64,000 bases of DNA from Enoplolaimus lenunculus (Eukaryota). A program made the position numbers and the translations under genes. Under the pieces are notes generated by a model. The model was not told the DNA's origin, did no database searches, and was given only the letters and a program-made list of their open reading frames with translations. The DNA lies in assembly GCA_030248215.1 (NCBI GenBank), contig JASANG010003092.1:620001-684000 (forward strand), written 5' to 3'. Numbering within the stretch: position 1 is the first letter of the stretch; the number at the start of each line of letters is the position of its first letter. This document shows positions 13,429 to 26,400 of the stretch, in pieces.

Positions 13429-14619
13429 CTCAATATGGTTCTTTTTTCTTTTTTACGGTTTTGCGGCAATTTATTCATAATCATTTAAATAAAACTGACT
13501 CATGTAAGTTCGAGGGAAGGATGACATTCGATAGAATCTTTGTTAACTGTTGCGGTGGTTTAAATCAGACGGAATGAAACCAAATCAACGCAATTTCAAG
13601 TGGCCAACGCTAGTATTTAAATTGTACTATCGAAATTTCCGGAACCTGGGCACAAATTCTACCGGAGCCTAAGCCGAAGGTCTATTTTGTGCCGGAGACG
13701 GAGCCGGAGGCAAACCTACGCTTGGACCCTGATGGTATATAAGTTGGAGCCACGGCACCAATTTTAGCCATGGCTCCACAAAGCACTTTGAAGCAGTTGG
13801 ATAGCAATTTTATACAATGTTTACAAAAGTATTGTAAATTCTTGCAACTACAATAGTTGCATAGTGTATTCCCCTATACACATCGTGCACATACAGTGCA
13901 AATATTCACATTATGTAACCCGGATTTAAATTTTTTGAAATAGAAAGCAATTTGACAGACGTGAATTGCGTTGTGGAAGCGTTGAAGTTTATGAATTTTG
14001 TACAAAAATGAGGTTAATTTTGCAAAATTATTCACTGGTAGTAGACATAGACGTGCTAGCGTGCTCAGTAAATTATCATTATTGTGACCTGTGTCTATAG
14101 ATGCTTATTGTTTACGAACTATATACTCGTTTTTTACGAACTACAGTGAGGCTTTAATGTTTGTCGTTAACCCGAATATATTTTTGTACCTTCTGGTGAC
14201 AGGTTATACAAAACACTTGAATCAGTGAACAGCAAGCTTAGAAAGTCAGCACCTTTTTGGAGGGTTGAAGCGTTCTACTGCTGTGCTGATTTTTAGATCC
14301 GCAACGGCATGAGTTAGTGAGTTTGAAAATTGTCACTAATGGGCGTTTTGCGCATTTGAGAATATGGACCCTTGAAAAGCTCTGAATCTTGTCTGTCACT
14401 TACTGTATTACGTGCGCTTCGCTCACGCTACGTCAGACAGTATAGGTAGCTGCACGCATTATGCACTGTTTTCGTAACGTATAGCGGTCATTTTAATACC
14501 GTTGCTGTTTACAGAAAATGCAATTTTTAATTACAAAACAGTTGTAGGACGTCCGATACATATATACTTTGCCTTAAAATACTGAGGTCGGTGCTCAAAT
14601 TTAATTTTCTTGCAAAACT

Positions 14620-14815
14620 CACATTTCCTTCAAAATTTTAAATTCTCTGCGAATCGTGAATTATCAAGCCAAAATTCGAATTTCCCGTCAAAATTTTGAA
14701 CTTTTAAGCCAAAATTAATATTTCCCATCAAAATTGGAATTGTTCGGCTGAAATTTTAAGTTTTTCGCCAAAATCTAAGGTCTGCGACGAAATTTAAATT
14801 TTCTGCTAAAATTTG
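14620..14815. repeat. Degenerate ~19-21 bp minisatellite with phased A/T tracts
   Basis: About 9-10 units such as AAAATTCGAATTTCCCGTC and AAAATTTTGAACTTTTAAGCC. Confidence 0.65.
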
Positions 14816-16000
14816 TGACTTAGGCTTAAGCAGGTATGCGGAGGTGCACAAGAGCAAACTGAAGCACCAATACATTGTTTGAAAACTATAGTGCAGAATT
14901 TCGGGTTTATACAAATGTTGGCATTTACAAATATTTTATGTTTTTACTAATAAAACTGAACTATTTACTCAGACAAAGGGTTTCATTCATAAATTGCCCA
15001 AATTGCTAAATTTGAGCGAAATGAATTCCCATTGTTCCAGGCAGCCCAAGTTTCAGAATGAAATATCTTATATAATAATTGGCACATGTTTAATATTTAA
15101 TATATCTTCCTGGTCTTTATTTACATAATAAGAAGCTGGTTTCACATGGTCGCTGTTGTGAACTTCAGGATGTATTACCCGGAATTGACTTGGCTATGGT
15201 AATTGCCACATCGGCAATGTCGCCGGTTTCTGTGTTAGGTGCAAAACAACAGCCATATGCCTAAATTATCCACCGGAATTGTTCTCTTCCTGCCGTTACA
15301 AACTACGAATACTCGTACACCGTTTACCGATTAAACTTCCGGTATTTCAAGTGCGGTTACTCCATGTTTCAACCCAGATTTAAGAGTTTAATAAAATATT
15401 TCTTTTATTGTGAACTTTTGCGTCATTCTTTTGAAATTATAAAGTGATCAAAGAACATTTCGCTTGAAGAATGCATAATAATTAAAACTTAGCTAAGTGC
15501 GGTTTTGAATTACGCTGAACTCGTTTACAATATCCTATATTGGTACTACTCGGCTAAAAATTACAGCGTCAAATAGAATAAATTTAAAATTTGTTAGGAT
15601 GTTTCCCAAATTTGTTTTTCGCAGTTAAATTTAACTCAATCATTAAATTGAAGTTAGCGTTGTAGTTAAGTCCAATATACGCTTTCAGGGTCCTGTCGCG
15701 AAGCGGATCCCAGCAACTTAGATTCAGTGGATAACTTTTTACACCCGAAAATGTTTGCCTTCCTCCTCCGTATGGCCACTGAAAATTTGTTGCCATCTCT
15801 AAAACGTTGGACTTGCCTGGTCCATGTCTCACAACGCGCACGTGGTGTAAATAGCAGAACAAATCAGAACCCAATTACGTACTTATTCCACGGTGCACTC
15901 ACATCAGCAGATTGTCCTTGAAAACGAATTTGATACAACGCAAATTGCGTTTGCATCCATTGTGTCTATGTTAGGGTACACTCCAATATCGTGTGTATTC

Positions 16001-16164
16001 CAGGCCCGTAGCCAGCTCACGTTGCTAGGCGAGGGCTAAAATTTTTTCAGGAGGGGCATTCAAGGGTTTTCAATGAGTTACAAGCAAGGTTGGAAACTGT
16101 CTATTGGGGCCAAAATTTTTTAGGGGGGTTGAGCCTCCCTGCCGCCCCCTTAGCTACGGACCCG
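16001..16164 (+). mobile_element. hAT-like MITE, CAGGCCCGTAGCCA family (related copies near 21864, 25616, 33120, 35614, 36120, 38906, 40688, 47623, 63300)
   Basis: TIR CAGGCCCGTAGCCA / TAGCTACGGACCCG; perfect 8-bp TSD GTGTATTC; shared core AAGGGTTTTCAATGACTTACAAGCAAGGTTGAAAA in many copies. Confidence 0.85.
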
Positions 16165-16503
16165 GTGTATTCTACCGTTTATACCTTTGTATTCAGGTAT
16201 TGACATCTGGGAGAATAGTGAGTTAGGGGGAAAGTGAGACTTTTGAGCAGAACGTACGACCGGATGACAGTGGAACATAATTTGGTAATATTTTTTTCTG
16301 TACAAACCTGTGCATAAAATTGCTTAATGTACCTAAGACGGTACAACTGCACCCTATTGCACATACCTGCTTGCACACATGGTAGAGTGATAAATATATA
16401 CTAAATAGTGTTGTTTCCAGGTAACATTGAGCAACTACCACAACCGACTGTTCCATAATATATAATAGTTGTTTATGTTTAATTTGGATGGTTGCGTTTT
16501 AGT

Positions 16504-16747
16504 ACAATATGCTAAGGAATCGTGTCAAAAATAAAACGCTGTTTGAAACACGTTTCACGTTTCTAACATAGTCTTCCAAAAAGCTTTTATATTCGCGGAG
16601 AAACTCTAAAATGAATTGCTTGTGCGACAAAACGCTATTTAAAAACCGCTTTTTACCGTTTGTCAAAACACTATTTTTACATCGATATAAACGCGTTTTT
16701 AGAACGTAGAAAGGGTTTTGTGTTTTTGATACGATTCCTAAATTGTA
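16504..16747. mobile_element. MITE-like inverted-repeat element; partial relative at 52590-52750
   Basis: AGGAATCGTGTCAAAAATAAAAC versus reverse complement of GTTTTGTGTTTTTGATACGATTCCT; shared AAAACGCTGTTT motifs. Confidence 0.55.
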
Positions 16748-17628
16748 AGTCTTACCAAATTTTCTTACCATTCCAGATGAAATATTTGAGTGACGGAAAT
16801 AACAATTTGTCAGTCAAATACATAAACTTCATTTCAAATATGGGAAATATCTGATTTCACATGTGGAAATGCAGCAAAACACGATGACATCTTTTACGCG
16901 TTGACTTTCTTACAGATTTAAGTTGTTTACTCTTTTAGTTTGTATAAAACTTCTTATTTGTTGCCAAAGCATTGAATATTTATCGGTGGCTGATTTTTCT
17001 TTTGACCAATTTATCCAGTTCATATAGAAATTTCGGGACTGCAATAAAGTAGCGTTTTAGTTTTAGACTAATTTCTTTCGCTTAATTCGTCTAGATCTTA
17101 GCTAGGTGTAAACGCTTATACTACTGTTACGACCCTGTTCTATAGATTGGCGTAAATTGTGATTTTATGAACAAGAAGATGCCGTTTTTAGAACCAAAAT
17201 CATTTGTTTTTTGTGCAGTTTTTCAATGTTCAAAACCGAATAAATCCTAGCAAAGCGAAATATGGACGTTTTAATTCGGTATGTCCTTCAAAATTTACAA
17301 TTCGACATTAAATTTTAATGTTGAACTGAATTTTTCAATTTATTTCACCCGTTCAAATGTACTCTTTGTACCGTTTGCGTATTTCAAATAAATAACAATA
17401 GTGTCCTGTATAAATTTTTATTACAATATTTTCATTTTTTTTTAATTTAATACGACGAACTCGCATGATATATACGTATTTCGTGTTTTTGTGTAGATTT
17501 AGTTTACGTACCAGAGTTCATTTTATACGAGTATTTGGTGGATTCATTCAAAATTTCAGTGATAGATATAGTATAGGCTATAACAGGTGCATTTTGGCGT
17601 GGTCAGGGGTCTATTTTATGGGCGTGAA

Positions 17629-17799
17629 GTTCCATGTACAGATCAGTGGTGGGTCGTTTTTCGGCAGGGCTGCAACAAAGAAAGCTTAAGCTTTACAGTG
17701 TTTTTTGCTTAGGCCTAGGCTTAGGCATAGGCATAGGCTTAGGCTTAGGCTTAGGAATATGGTTATACTAGTGTAACGGCCCTGTTGGATACATTTGCC
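17629..17799 (-). mobile_element. Telomere-repeat-carrying MITE, diverged copy
   Basis: Degenerate TIRs, about 7-8 TTAGGC-like units, flanks GGCGTGAA / TCAGTGAA (5/8). Confidence 0.75.
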
Positions 17800-19041
17800 T
17801 CAGTGAACCCTGTTCGTAAAATAAAAAAACTTGCCAAATATATTACCATAAATGATTCGGCTCGAACCGCATCTGTATAGCTTTTTATGCCTTAGAGCAT
17901 CACTTTCTGCTATTACATACCGTTGAGTTCTAAAAAAGCTAAAAAACGTTTGAAGTAAAATTGGTAGAATTATTTATTCATTTGTGTATGTTCCGTCATA
18001 TCTATATAAATACTTGTTGCGTTTTTGTTCAGAATACATCCTGAATACCAGCCTGCAGACCGCCGAAATTTCTTCTGGATTTGTCCCTGAAATGCTAATG
18101 TTCATGATCAGACTAGAAAACATGAACATTTACCCGGTATTCTATAAATGTGTGTAGCACACATTACTTGTTGGAGATAAGTCATGTAACTTTCTAATCA
18201 ATGAATAGTGGGCTTCACAAGTCGACAGGTTTCGTTGACTTGATGTTGTCTACTTGTGTACAAATTTTGAGATCCATGACTGCAAGAGTTCGTGAGTTCG
18301 AAAACCTGTCACCACTGATGATAGGTGTTAGACACATTTGAAAATAAGGGCCATAAATCCAAGCTGGTTGCCTTACATGCCGTTCTTGGTGGCTTCGACG
18401 ACGGAACGGGATCACAAAACTTGTTTTAGCATTGGTTGAACACGGGGTAATTTTGGGCTAATTTTTTATAACAGAATCATTTTACGAGCTATTGCAAGTA
18501 GTAACTCCTCGACCTCGACAGGGTTATTATTTTTGGCGAATTATTCATCATTGGGGTTAGCCTACAGAGCAGGCACCGGTTCAAATTTAGACGTAAGTTT
18601 ACAATAACCAGGTGCAGGCTCTTGTACACTTCTCCCACGACAGGTATCGAAATTTTCAGATTTGGCGTAGCTTCAGTGTATGATTACAATTAATCTGTTT
18701 CGACTTCACCACACCCGGATCACGCAAATGCTAGCAGGCAAACAAGACCACTGCCAGTCACCAATTTTGTTACAACTCAGAAACGCACGCGTTATAGAGG
18801 GCAACATTTAGTAGTTCTTACGGTTGACTCAACTTTTCAATGCTCAGGCCCCAAAACGGAAATGGCAGGCATAACTTTTTATAACCCCCAGGTTTACGAG
18901 AACAGAAAGACCCGTTTGTTCGCATAGCAGAGCTATACAAACGTTTCCGGTTGTGAACCCAGCTGTTTTGTTTTATATCCCATATTGTGTTGTAGCTTGC
19001 TTTTAATTCATTTCAGAACGCACATTGTTTTTGATTTATGG

Positions 19042-19212
19042 GACCAAATGTATAGAACACGGCTGTAACAGTAGTATAAGCGTATTCCTAAGCATACGCC
19101 TAAACGTAAAAATATTAAGTTCAATCTAAGCGTAACGAAAAAATGTAAAGTTTAAGCTTACTCCATAGTAGACCTGCAGAAAAGCGTTCTGCCGCTGATT
19201 TTGACATGGTTC
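19042..19212 (+). mobile_element. Telomere-repeat-carrying MITE, old diverged copy
   Basis: Degenerate TIRs and internal consensus; flanks ATTTATGG / GTTTACGG (6/8). Confidence 0.7.
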
Positions 19213-22200
19213 GTTTACGGTTTGACTTTGAAAATCGTTTATATCTGCTTTTTAATTATATATTATAAAAAACCACACAATTTTAAAAAGTTTATTTCAG
19301 CTATAATTGTCTGAAATGCAACAATGAATGGTTTTGTGAAGCATTTAGTCCTTAACAGCCGTTTGAAATTCGTATCATCCGAGTACATTTTCGGCGATTA
19401 AAAGCATAAAGAGTGGTGTACATAAATTGCAATAATCGTCTCAAAGGCTCAAATTTGTAATTCAAACCGCCAAACCCATAACCAAAAACGTCACTGGGGA
19501 GGGGAGTACAGGAAAATTTATAGAAAGGGCAAGAAAATTGTCTTAGAACTTGTTTAACGCTGTCGATAAACGTTTAGTGTAAGTGCAGAGAGAACGAAGA
19601 TGTGTGAAGGCAGTGACACTGCTCGTCCACAGTATATGCAGCATTGGTAACAATTATAAAATGTCGTTTAAAGCGGTGTCGAAACGATAAAGTTTGCCGA
19701 AAATATCCTAAAACTGCATGATGGCATTCAACTGCGATCCTGACATAAAGCAGCTTTATTTAAAAACGAAAGAATTGTTTAAATTTCAAAAATATATAAA
19801 TTTTAATGGTGTGACAGATTAACGCTAATATTTTGATAAGTTTTGATAAATTGTAATTAAAATTTGAATTGCAACAATGCAGCTATTTGGGTTCGTTATT
19901 CATTGGATTTAATTTCGTATGGCCCATAATGGCAAATATTAATGCAAATTCAACATCGCAAATGGGGATATAGATAGGTGGAAATAATGGATTCAAAGGA
20001 GGGAGCAAGGAAGGGGGGGCGTACGCCCCTCGTCAGAAAATTTTCTGTGAGAAAATGGTACGGTCTCTACTTTACAATTTTGCCCGTCAGAAAATTGGCG
20101 CATATATAGCATACAGAAAAACATTTGCGTTTTGTAACCTTTTCACAAATTTCACGATCCGACGTTGGTAGGTGGTGGAAGCTTTAAGACAGGCACAAAC
20201 TTCAACTTATGCACCACTGTACCTATGCAGAGTTTAAGATTTCACTGATTCACGGTTTACGAGAACGGCTGGATCACTCTTGGCCACGTCTGATATTTTA
20301 GAATACGGTTTGGAAGTGTCAAAATATTAATTAGTTTTTCGCATGGACACTTTCGTTTGCCCCACATTTACACTTTGGATCCGGTTCCGGGTTCACGTTA
20401 TGGAAAAGGCTTACCTTTATATAAGCCGGAGCCTATTTTTAACCTTAAATGTGAGGGAAAGTGTCGAAGAGTCAAAAGGTTGATAAAAATGAGTTTACTG
20501 AACAGTTATTCGATAGCAAACTGCACCTTGCCATGCTTGCTTACCGTTTTATGATTGAATTACGTAGAGCGCCAGCTGTTTGTGATATGTAGATACACGA
20601 CGTTCTGTATTATAGAACCAGATGGCAAATAATCTTGGCGATAACTAAATTATATTAACAATTTAGTTGATAATACAAAGTTTTTGCATTGTCTTTTTGT
20701 AATACGTTTTTGCCACAAAAATACTGTAGTGACCCGAATAAAAGAGGGAACTGATACTTATTTTGTATCTACACAGGGTACCCACCGTTATTCGGTTACG
20801 GTCTGGTATTTGTTTTGAAGTCACTTCATGTTAGTTGGACCCGACACCGTTCTTGAATCTTTTTTGTTGATTGCCATGTTCGTTAATTGTTTCTGGATTT
20901 AAAAAAGTTTATGCGAGCTGTCTGAATGTCTGTTTACATATAAGAGAAGTCTAGGTCATTGTTCTACTTCTGTAACTTTTATGGACTGTAATTAAAATTT
21001 TCAGAAATATACCAAAACATTATTTTAAGAATATCCTAAATGACAATTTGAATTCTAATTCAGCAAATTAATTAATTTTGAAATTGTAACCTTAAATCAA
21101 TAAAAACTCTCAAATATTTGTCAATTTAAAATTATTAACAACAATCACTGAGAAATAGGAAATTATAGTTGTTTTGTACAATGTTTAATAAGTTGACTGC
21201 TACAGTCAGACTCATTAAAACCATGAGATGCAAATTTATTTCCAATTTAGTTGTTATGTTTTTGCCGAAGTTTCAGAAAGGAATCTGTCATATCCCACAC
21301 ATCTTCAAGTCTTTTTCCGACAATAGCAAATCTATTTAAATCATATTCTCACGCCTATACCAGTATTTTCTCATTTGAATTCGTCAGCCATTAATCTCAA
21401 TTGCACATTACAGAGTATACCATTTATGTCCAGTTTCAAAAACCAAAACCTCATTTTTCTTGTCAACTTTGTTCATTCATGGGTGTCGTGTCGGCATAGT
21501 CATTGCCACAGTAGTTTACTGAAGAATTTTGATTGAAGGGGAACAACAGACGCAAAAAACACAAAAATATTCGGTTTGAAGATAACATTGGTTAATAGTT
21601 GGTTCAATCAACAAGTATCTGAACCTGACAGAAATGAATTCAAATTCAGGGGGCGTGGCTTTCTGGCTCACCGTGATTGGTACGCCCTACATCGCCACAA
21701 GCGGTTTGTTTCTATATAGCTGACTGTTTAAAAGCTAGCTAACTATGACTGTCTTTGCTATTGAGCCTGCAAAGCAAAACGTTTAGATTTTAGCGTTTTC
21801 AATACAGGGAGGGTTTAAATTAAAGCTTCATATTTGTCCTATTATTCAAACACTGTTAAAGTACGGGCCCATAGCCAGCTCACGTTGCTAGGGGGGGCCA
21901 AAAGTTTTCACGAAATGCATCTAAAGGTTTCCGATGACTTACAAGCAATGTTGAACATTTTCTAGTCGGTGCAGATCTCTTCCACTGGGGTCAGCCTCTA
22001 CGGGTCCGTCTCGACAACGGGACCGCGAAAGTAGCGGACGTCATACTTTTTAACTGCACAGTGACACGTGGCGTCGTTCGCAAATTGCCGCACGTCACCG
22101 GATGGCACCGCACACCAATTTAGAAGTGAAAACTAAGGCACCAAACTTTAAATATAGTTCGACTCGTAAAATCCTGTTTTTCGGCCGAAGTGTATTAATG

Positions 22201-22235
22201 CGAACATTACGTTTTATCATGTCTTAAAAGTTTCA

Positions 22236-22383
22236 GCCCATGTAAAGATCAGGGTCGGAACGTTTTTTTGTGGGACTAGAAAAGAGTAAGCTTATTAGCT
22301 TTAGACTCATTTTTTGCTTAGCTTAGGCTTAGGCTTAGGAATATGCTTATAATACTGTTCCGCCCCTGTTCTTTACATTGGAC
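22236..22383 (-). mobile_element. Telomere-repeat-carrying MITE (GGCC-TIR family), short array
   Basis: GCCCATGTAAAGATCAGGGTCGGAAC ... GTTCCGCCCCTGTTCTTTACATTGG; AGTTTCA on both flanks; TTAGGC repeats inside. Confidence 0.85.
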
Positions 22384-23180
22384 AGTTTCATTAATTATCG
22401 TTCTAAAATAAACCACGTTTGTCAGTCGGAAAAATGATTTGTTGAATGGTTGTGAGCCATAGGCATCTGGTTTATAGGAGGGCCGCCGTAGTAATTGCAC
22501 ACATGCGTAGTTTGCGTATAAGTGTTACACTTTACAATGCTGTGCCTGATGCCGCCCCGCGTCGCCGCGCGACAAAAATGTAGGCAAAATCAATTTGGTG
22601 GCGTGCGGCAAATTTTAATAAAATTTTGATGGTGCCGAACGCCGGCGTCCGGTGGCGCGTAGTATAGCGCAACATTCAGTGATTTTGAGCTATATTACAT
22701 ATACTTAACGTTTTTTAAACTCATTGCATTTAGTAAAATTTTCGCCTCGTAGTTGAAAAAGAATTTAAAGTTAATCCAAATAAGGCTATTACAATCGTTA
22801 TTTACGGTCAAACCTTTCAGAGAATTTGATTCGTTCCTCATTGATTCAAGTATTTTTCAATTTTTAACACGGTTAGAATGCTTATGTTGCAAATCTTCGG
22901 CTTCAAGAGGGCTTTGCAATATTTTCGTTAAATAAGATTTTTTTAGTGACAGGCTTGTTTGACAAAATTGACTACTTTTTCAGCTGATCTATATTTATTT
23001 TCTGTCTTTTAAATTTAACCTTGTGTTATTATTTTCACAATTATACTTACATATGTTGTCTTTATAGCTTTATGCAACGTAGCATTCTTTTAGTCCATTA
23101 AGCGTAATGTTCTTGTATAGTCTTAGTCGGCGCACTTTATTAGCCATCTTCTTTCTTTGGTTATTAGGATCCGACCTGTG

Positions 23181-23448
23181 CACTAGCGGATCCGGAGGGG
23201 GGGGGCGGGGGGCGTACGCCCTCCATCAGAAATTTTTTTGAGTCAAAATTTCTAAAATTTCTACCTTACAATTTTACAACAAGTTATTCCGCAGAATTTT
23301 TTGTTATAAAATGGTAAGGTCGACCATACAATTTTTCGCCCTCACAACATTTTTTGGTGATTAAATGATACGGACCCTACCATACAAGTTTTGCGTTTCA
23401 TAACATTTGCCAGCCCCCCCCCGTCAGAAATTTTTAGATTCGCCTCTG
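23181..23448 (+). mobile_element. hAT-like MITE, CAGTGGCGGATCC family (fragments near 19980, 34310, 37921, 39533, 56655, 61290-61860)
   Basis: Degenerate CA..GCGGATCC / GATTCGCCTCTG ends; perfect 8-bp TSD GACCTGTG. Confidence 0.8.
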
Positions 23449-26400
23449 GACCTGTGGCGCAACCAGGATTTTCGGAAGGAGTATGCGGCAGTGGCTAATC
23501 CAAAAGTTAGAGGGTGAAGTGATAATTTACGTGGGAATAACGTTTTTAATGCATCAATTGTGTTCAATCTCAGCACAAACTGTTATTTTATTATTTATGC
23601 CTTTATGATCAGGTTATCGGCAATTAAAAATGCGGTGGAACCGCAAAGAATAGTTCGCCAGCGAGATGGCAGAATCAATTTCTTGGATTAAATCCCCGTA
23701 CACCGATTTAGATTGGAGTGTGCTCGGAGTGCTGGACAAGGGCATCAAACCGGGTCCCCCAAATTTGGTTGGTGTTCCCCAAATACGACTCGGTGTGAAA
23801 GTAAACAATTTTGAATTGCAATTGTAGGGTTACTCCAAAATTATTGGGTGCCATCAAATATAATTTTCTGTGGACGCCCCTGGTGTAAGCTCAATTCGTA
23901 GATCTTGCGACCGCTATTCTTGAGAAATGACTCGAAACAGCGGTACAGGGGAAATTTTTTAAGAGTACAACACCAGACATTCATATAAATATAGCATAAA
24001 TTGTTTTGGTTATTGCAGGAAAAGAAGACCAGGTGCCACCGCGCCATTCCCTCTGGGAACGCTTGTGTATTTTTCATTTGCTAAAAAATTCCGCTTTCAG
24101 TTACCTCAAATTTGCATTTCATCAGCCTAATATTTCAAGTTCTAAACCTAATGCTCGTTTTCGCATTTCAAATCTTACATCAAAACTGCACTTATATCTT
24201 GCCTAAATCACATTATTCAACGTAATATTCAGTTAGTCATTGCGCCCGGAACTATTGAAGTCTCGCTTTAAATCGACCCAGGCATCAACTCGGCTTGCAT
24301 TTGACAAACCAGTTATGACTGTCGGATCCAAAATTTTATGACTAAGGGCGCGCAATATATACTGTGAAAAGCCGTCGTGATCGGAGCGAGCTAGAGGCCA
24401 AACGCAATTTATGTAGCACAAGTAGGGACCTTAGTTTTTGACCATAAAATATTTTGTGATGGGATCGCTCCCGGTACCCCCCGGATCCGCTGCTGCCAGC
24501 TGTAGTTTTAGTGCCGGTCAGTCTTATTTGACAACGGTTCATTTATTTTGACGGTTGGTGGTTTTTTAATATTTTTTTTGTTCCACCAAAAAATAGCTTC
24601 AATAAAATGGCATTATCTTGAGACCGAGATTTAGCTGATATATTAAGTTTGGATAGACATAAGAGTAGCTTAAAATATTACGTAAAGCATCCAGTTGTAT
24701 AAGAACGATTTCATTCTGTAGGTATATTTATGTAGTACAACCCAATAAGCAGGGTTGTTTTTAGCCGTTAAAAACGGCGGTTGTTTATCTGAGTTGTGAA
24801 AACGAATATGCGTTTGACTCAACGGAATTTTCAATATTAGTTTACTTGAACTCACAGGAGCGTAGCCAGGATTTTGGATTGAGAAGCGTGCAGACGAACT
24901 AGGACTCAAAATATTGGTTGCGTTTTGAACAATTTGCGAGCGAGGCGACGGGAAAGTTTGACATATTTTTAAAATCGATAAGTCCCAATGAAAATATTTG
25001 TGTTCATTCGGAATGGTCATCTAATCGCTAGATGTTCCAAATCCTTGCCTACAGGGCTTAGTATTAAATTCCGTTGTAACAGCCGCAAAACATGCTTGCT
25101 TTGTTTGATTAGAGAGGTCTCGACCCCCAGAACCGCAACCGCCTGGCTAGACATATGCTAATAGAGCAGAATTGAAAAAAAATATTTGGTTAGTTTAGTG
25201 CCGAAAGTTTAATTCTTAAATAACATTTCACGAATTTTGATGAATTTTCGCTGGATCGGAACTTTGTGATAGGGTTCAGAGACACATGAATGCTCCAGAT
25301 CAGACTGGTTATCGTTTCTTGTACAGCAATGCTACTTGCAAACAGTAACAAAAACATTTCATGGCTTTTGACTTTAGGATTCATATAAAGATGCCACGTG
25401 TGTCAGTAACAAAAACATTCAGCCGGAGGTGTGCAAGTGGAATTTTCGAACAAAACGTATATTAAAAGACAATTGACACCATTAAGCGATGTTTATACTC
25501 TAAACACCTACATATATACAAATTGCTTTTTAGGAAACCGAGGGGGTAAACTTGCACTGCAATCCACCCTTACACATACCTGCAACCCTGGAGTCCATAT
25601 AAAATATGTATTTTACAGGCCGTTAGCCAGGTCACCTTTATAGCTGGCTAAGCATTTTTAAGATACGCATACAAAGGTTTTCGATGACTTACAACCAAGG
25701 TTGAAAATATTCTAGCGAGGGCCAAGATTCTTCCGGGAGCGGGGCTGAGCTCCCCTGCCCTACCTTGGCTACGGGGCCTGTATTATATATACATTTTTCT
25801 GTATATTCATGGGTATTTGTAAATATAAAGACTAAATCATTTTGACTTGAACGCGATATCTCCTAAATACACACCACTGTGACTGTTTGGTTTTAAACAG
25901 TGTCGTCCGTTATATGCTATATGGATGCTTGTAAATTTAGGATCAGCCAATGGAAATTGATCAGATTTTATATAGCAGCCAGCCAGATTTATTGTTGAAC
26001 CACCTGGTGTTAGCAGGATTTATTTTAAATTTAGGCCTTTTCGGTTTATTTCACGAGCGAACGTTAGTCGACGAATGTTCCGATTTGGAACATTTTTCCA
26101 TAATTTTGAAAATTTCAATTTCTTCGGTGATGACCTTAAGTTGACCAAGACCAAGACATTTCATGGCCGGTCACCGCACATCCCGGGCTCGGATTAAGGC
26201 TATTATTTTCCCTTAGACTTTGGCTTAGTTATAGACCACATTTTACGCTGAACTTTAGCCTTAGCCGCAACTCAAGAAACCGAAACCTGCCAATGGCAAA
26301 TATCGAGACTTACCGAGACTCCCTTCCCTGTTCTTAGCCATCTCTGTTTTATAGTGCCTACGGAAAACCGGATGCCCTTAAAAGGATCATGGGCCAAACG

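Noticed and set aside
23680..23740. Tc1/maT transposase-like motif (SPYTDLDWSVLGVL)
   Set aside because: Similarity to SPDLNPLDYSVWG is weak and no further transposase sequence flanks it.
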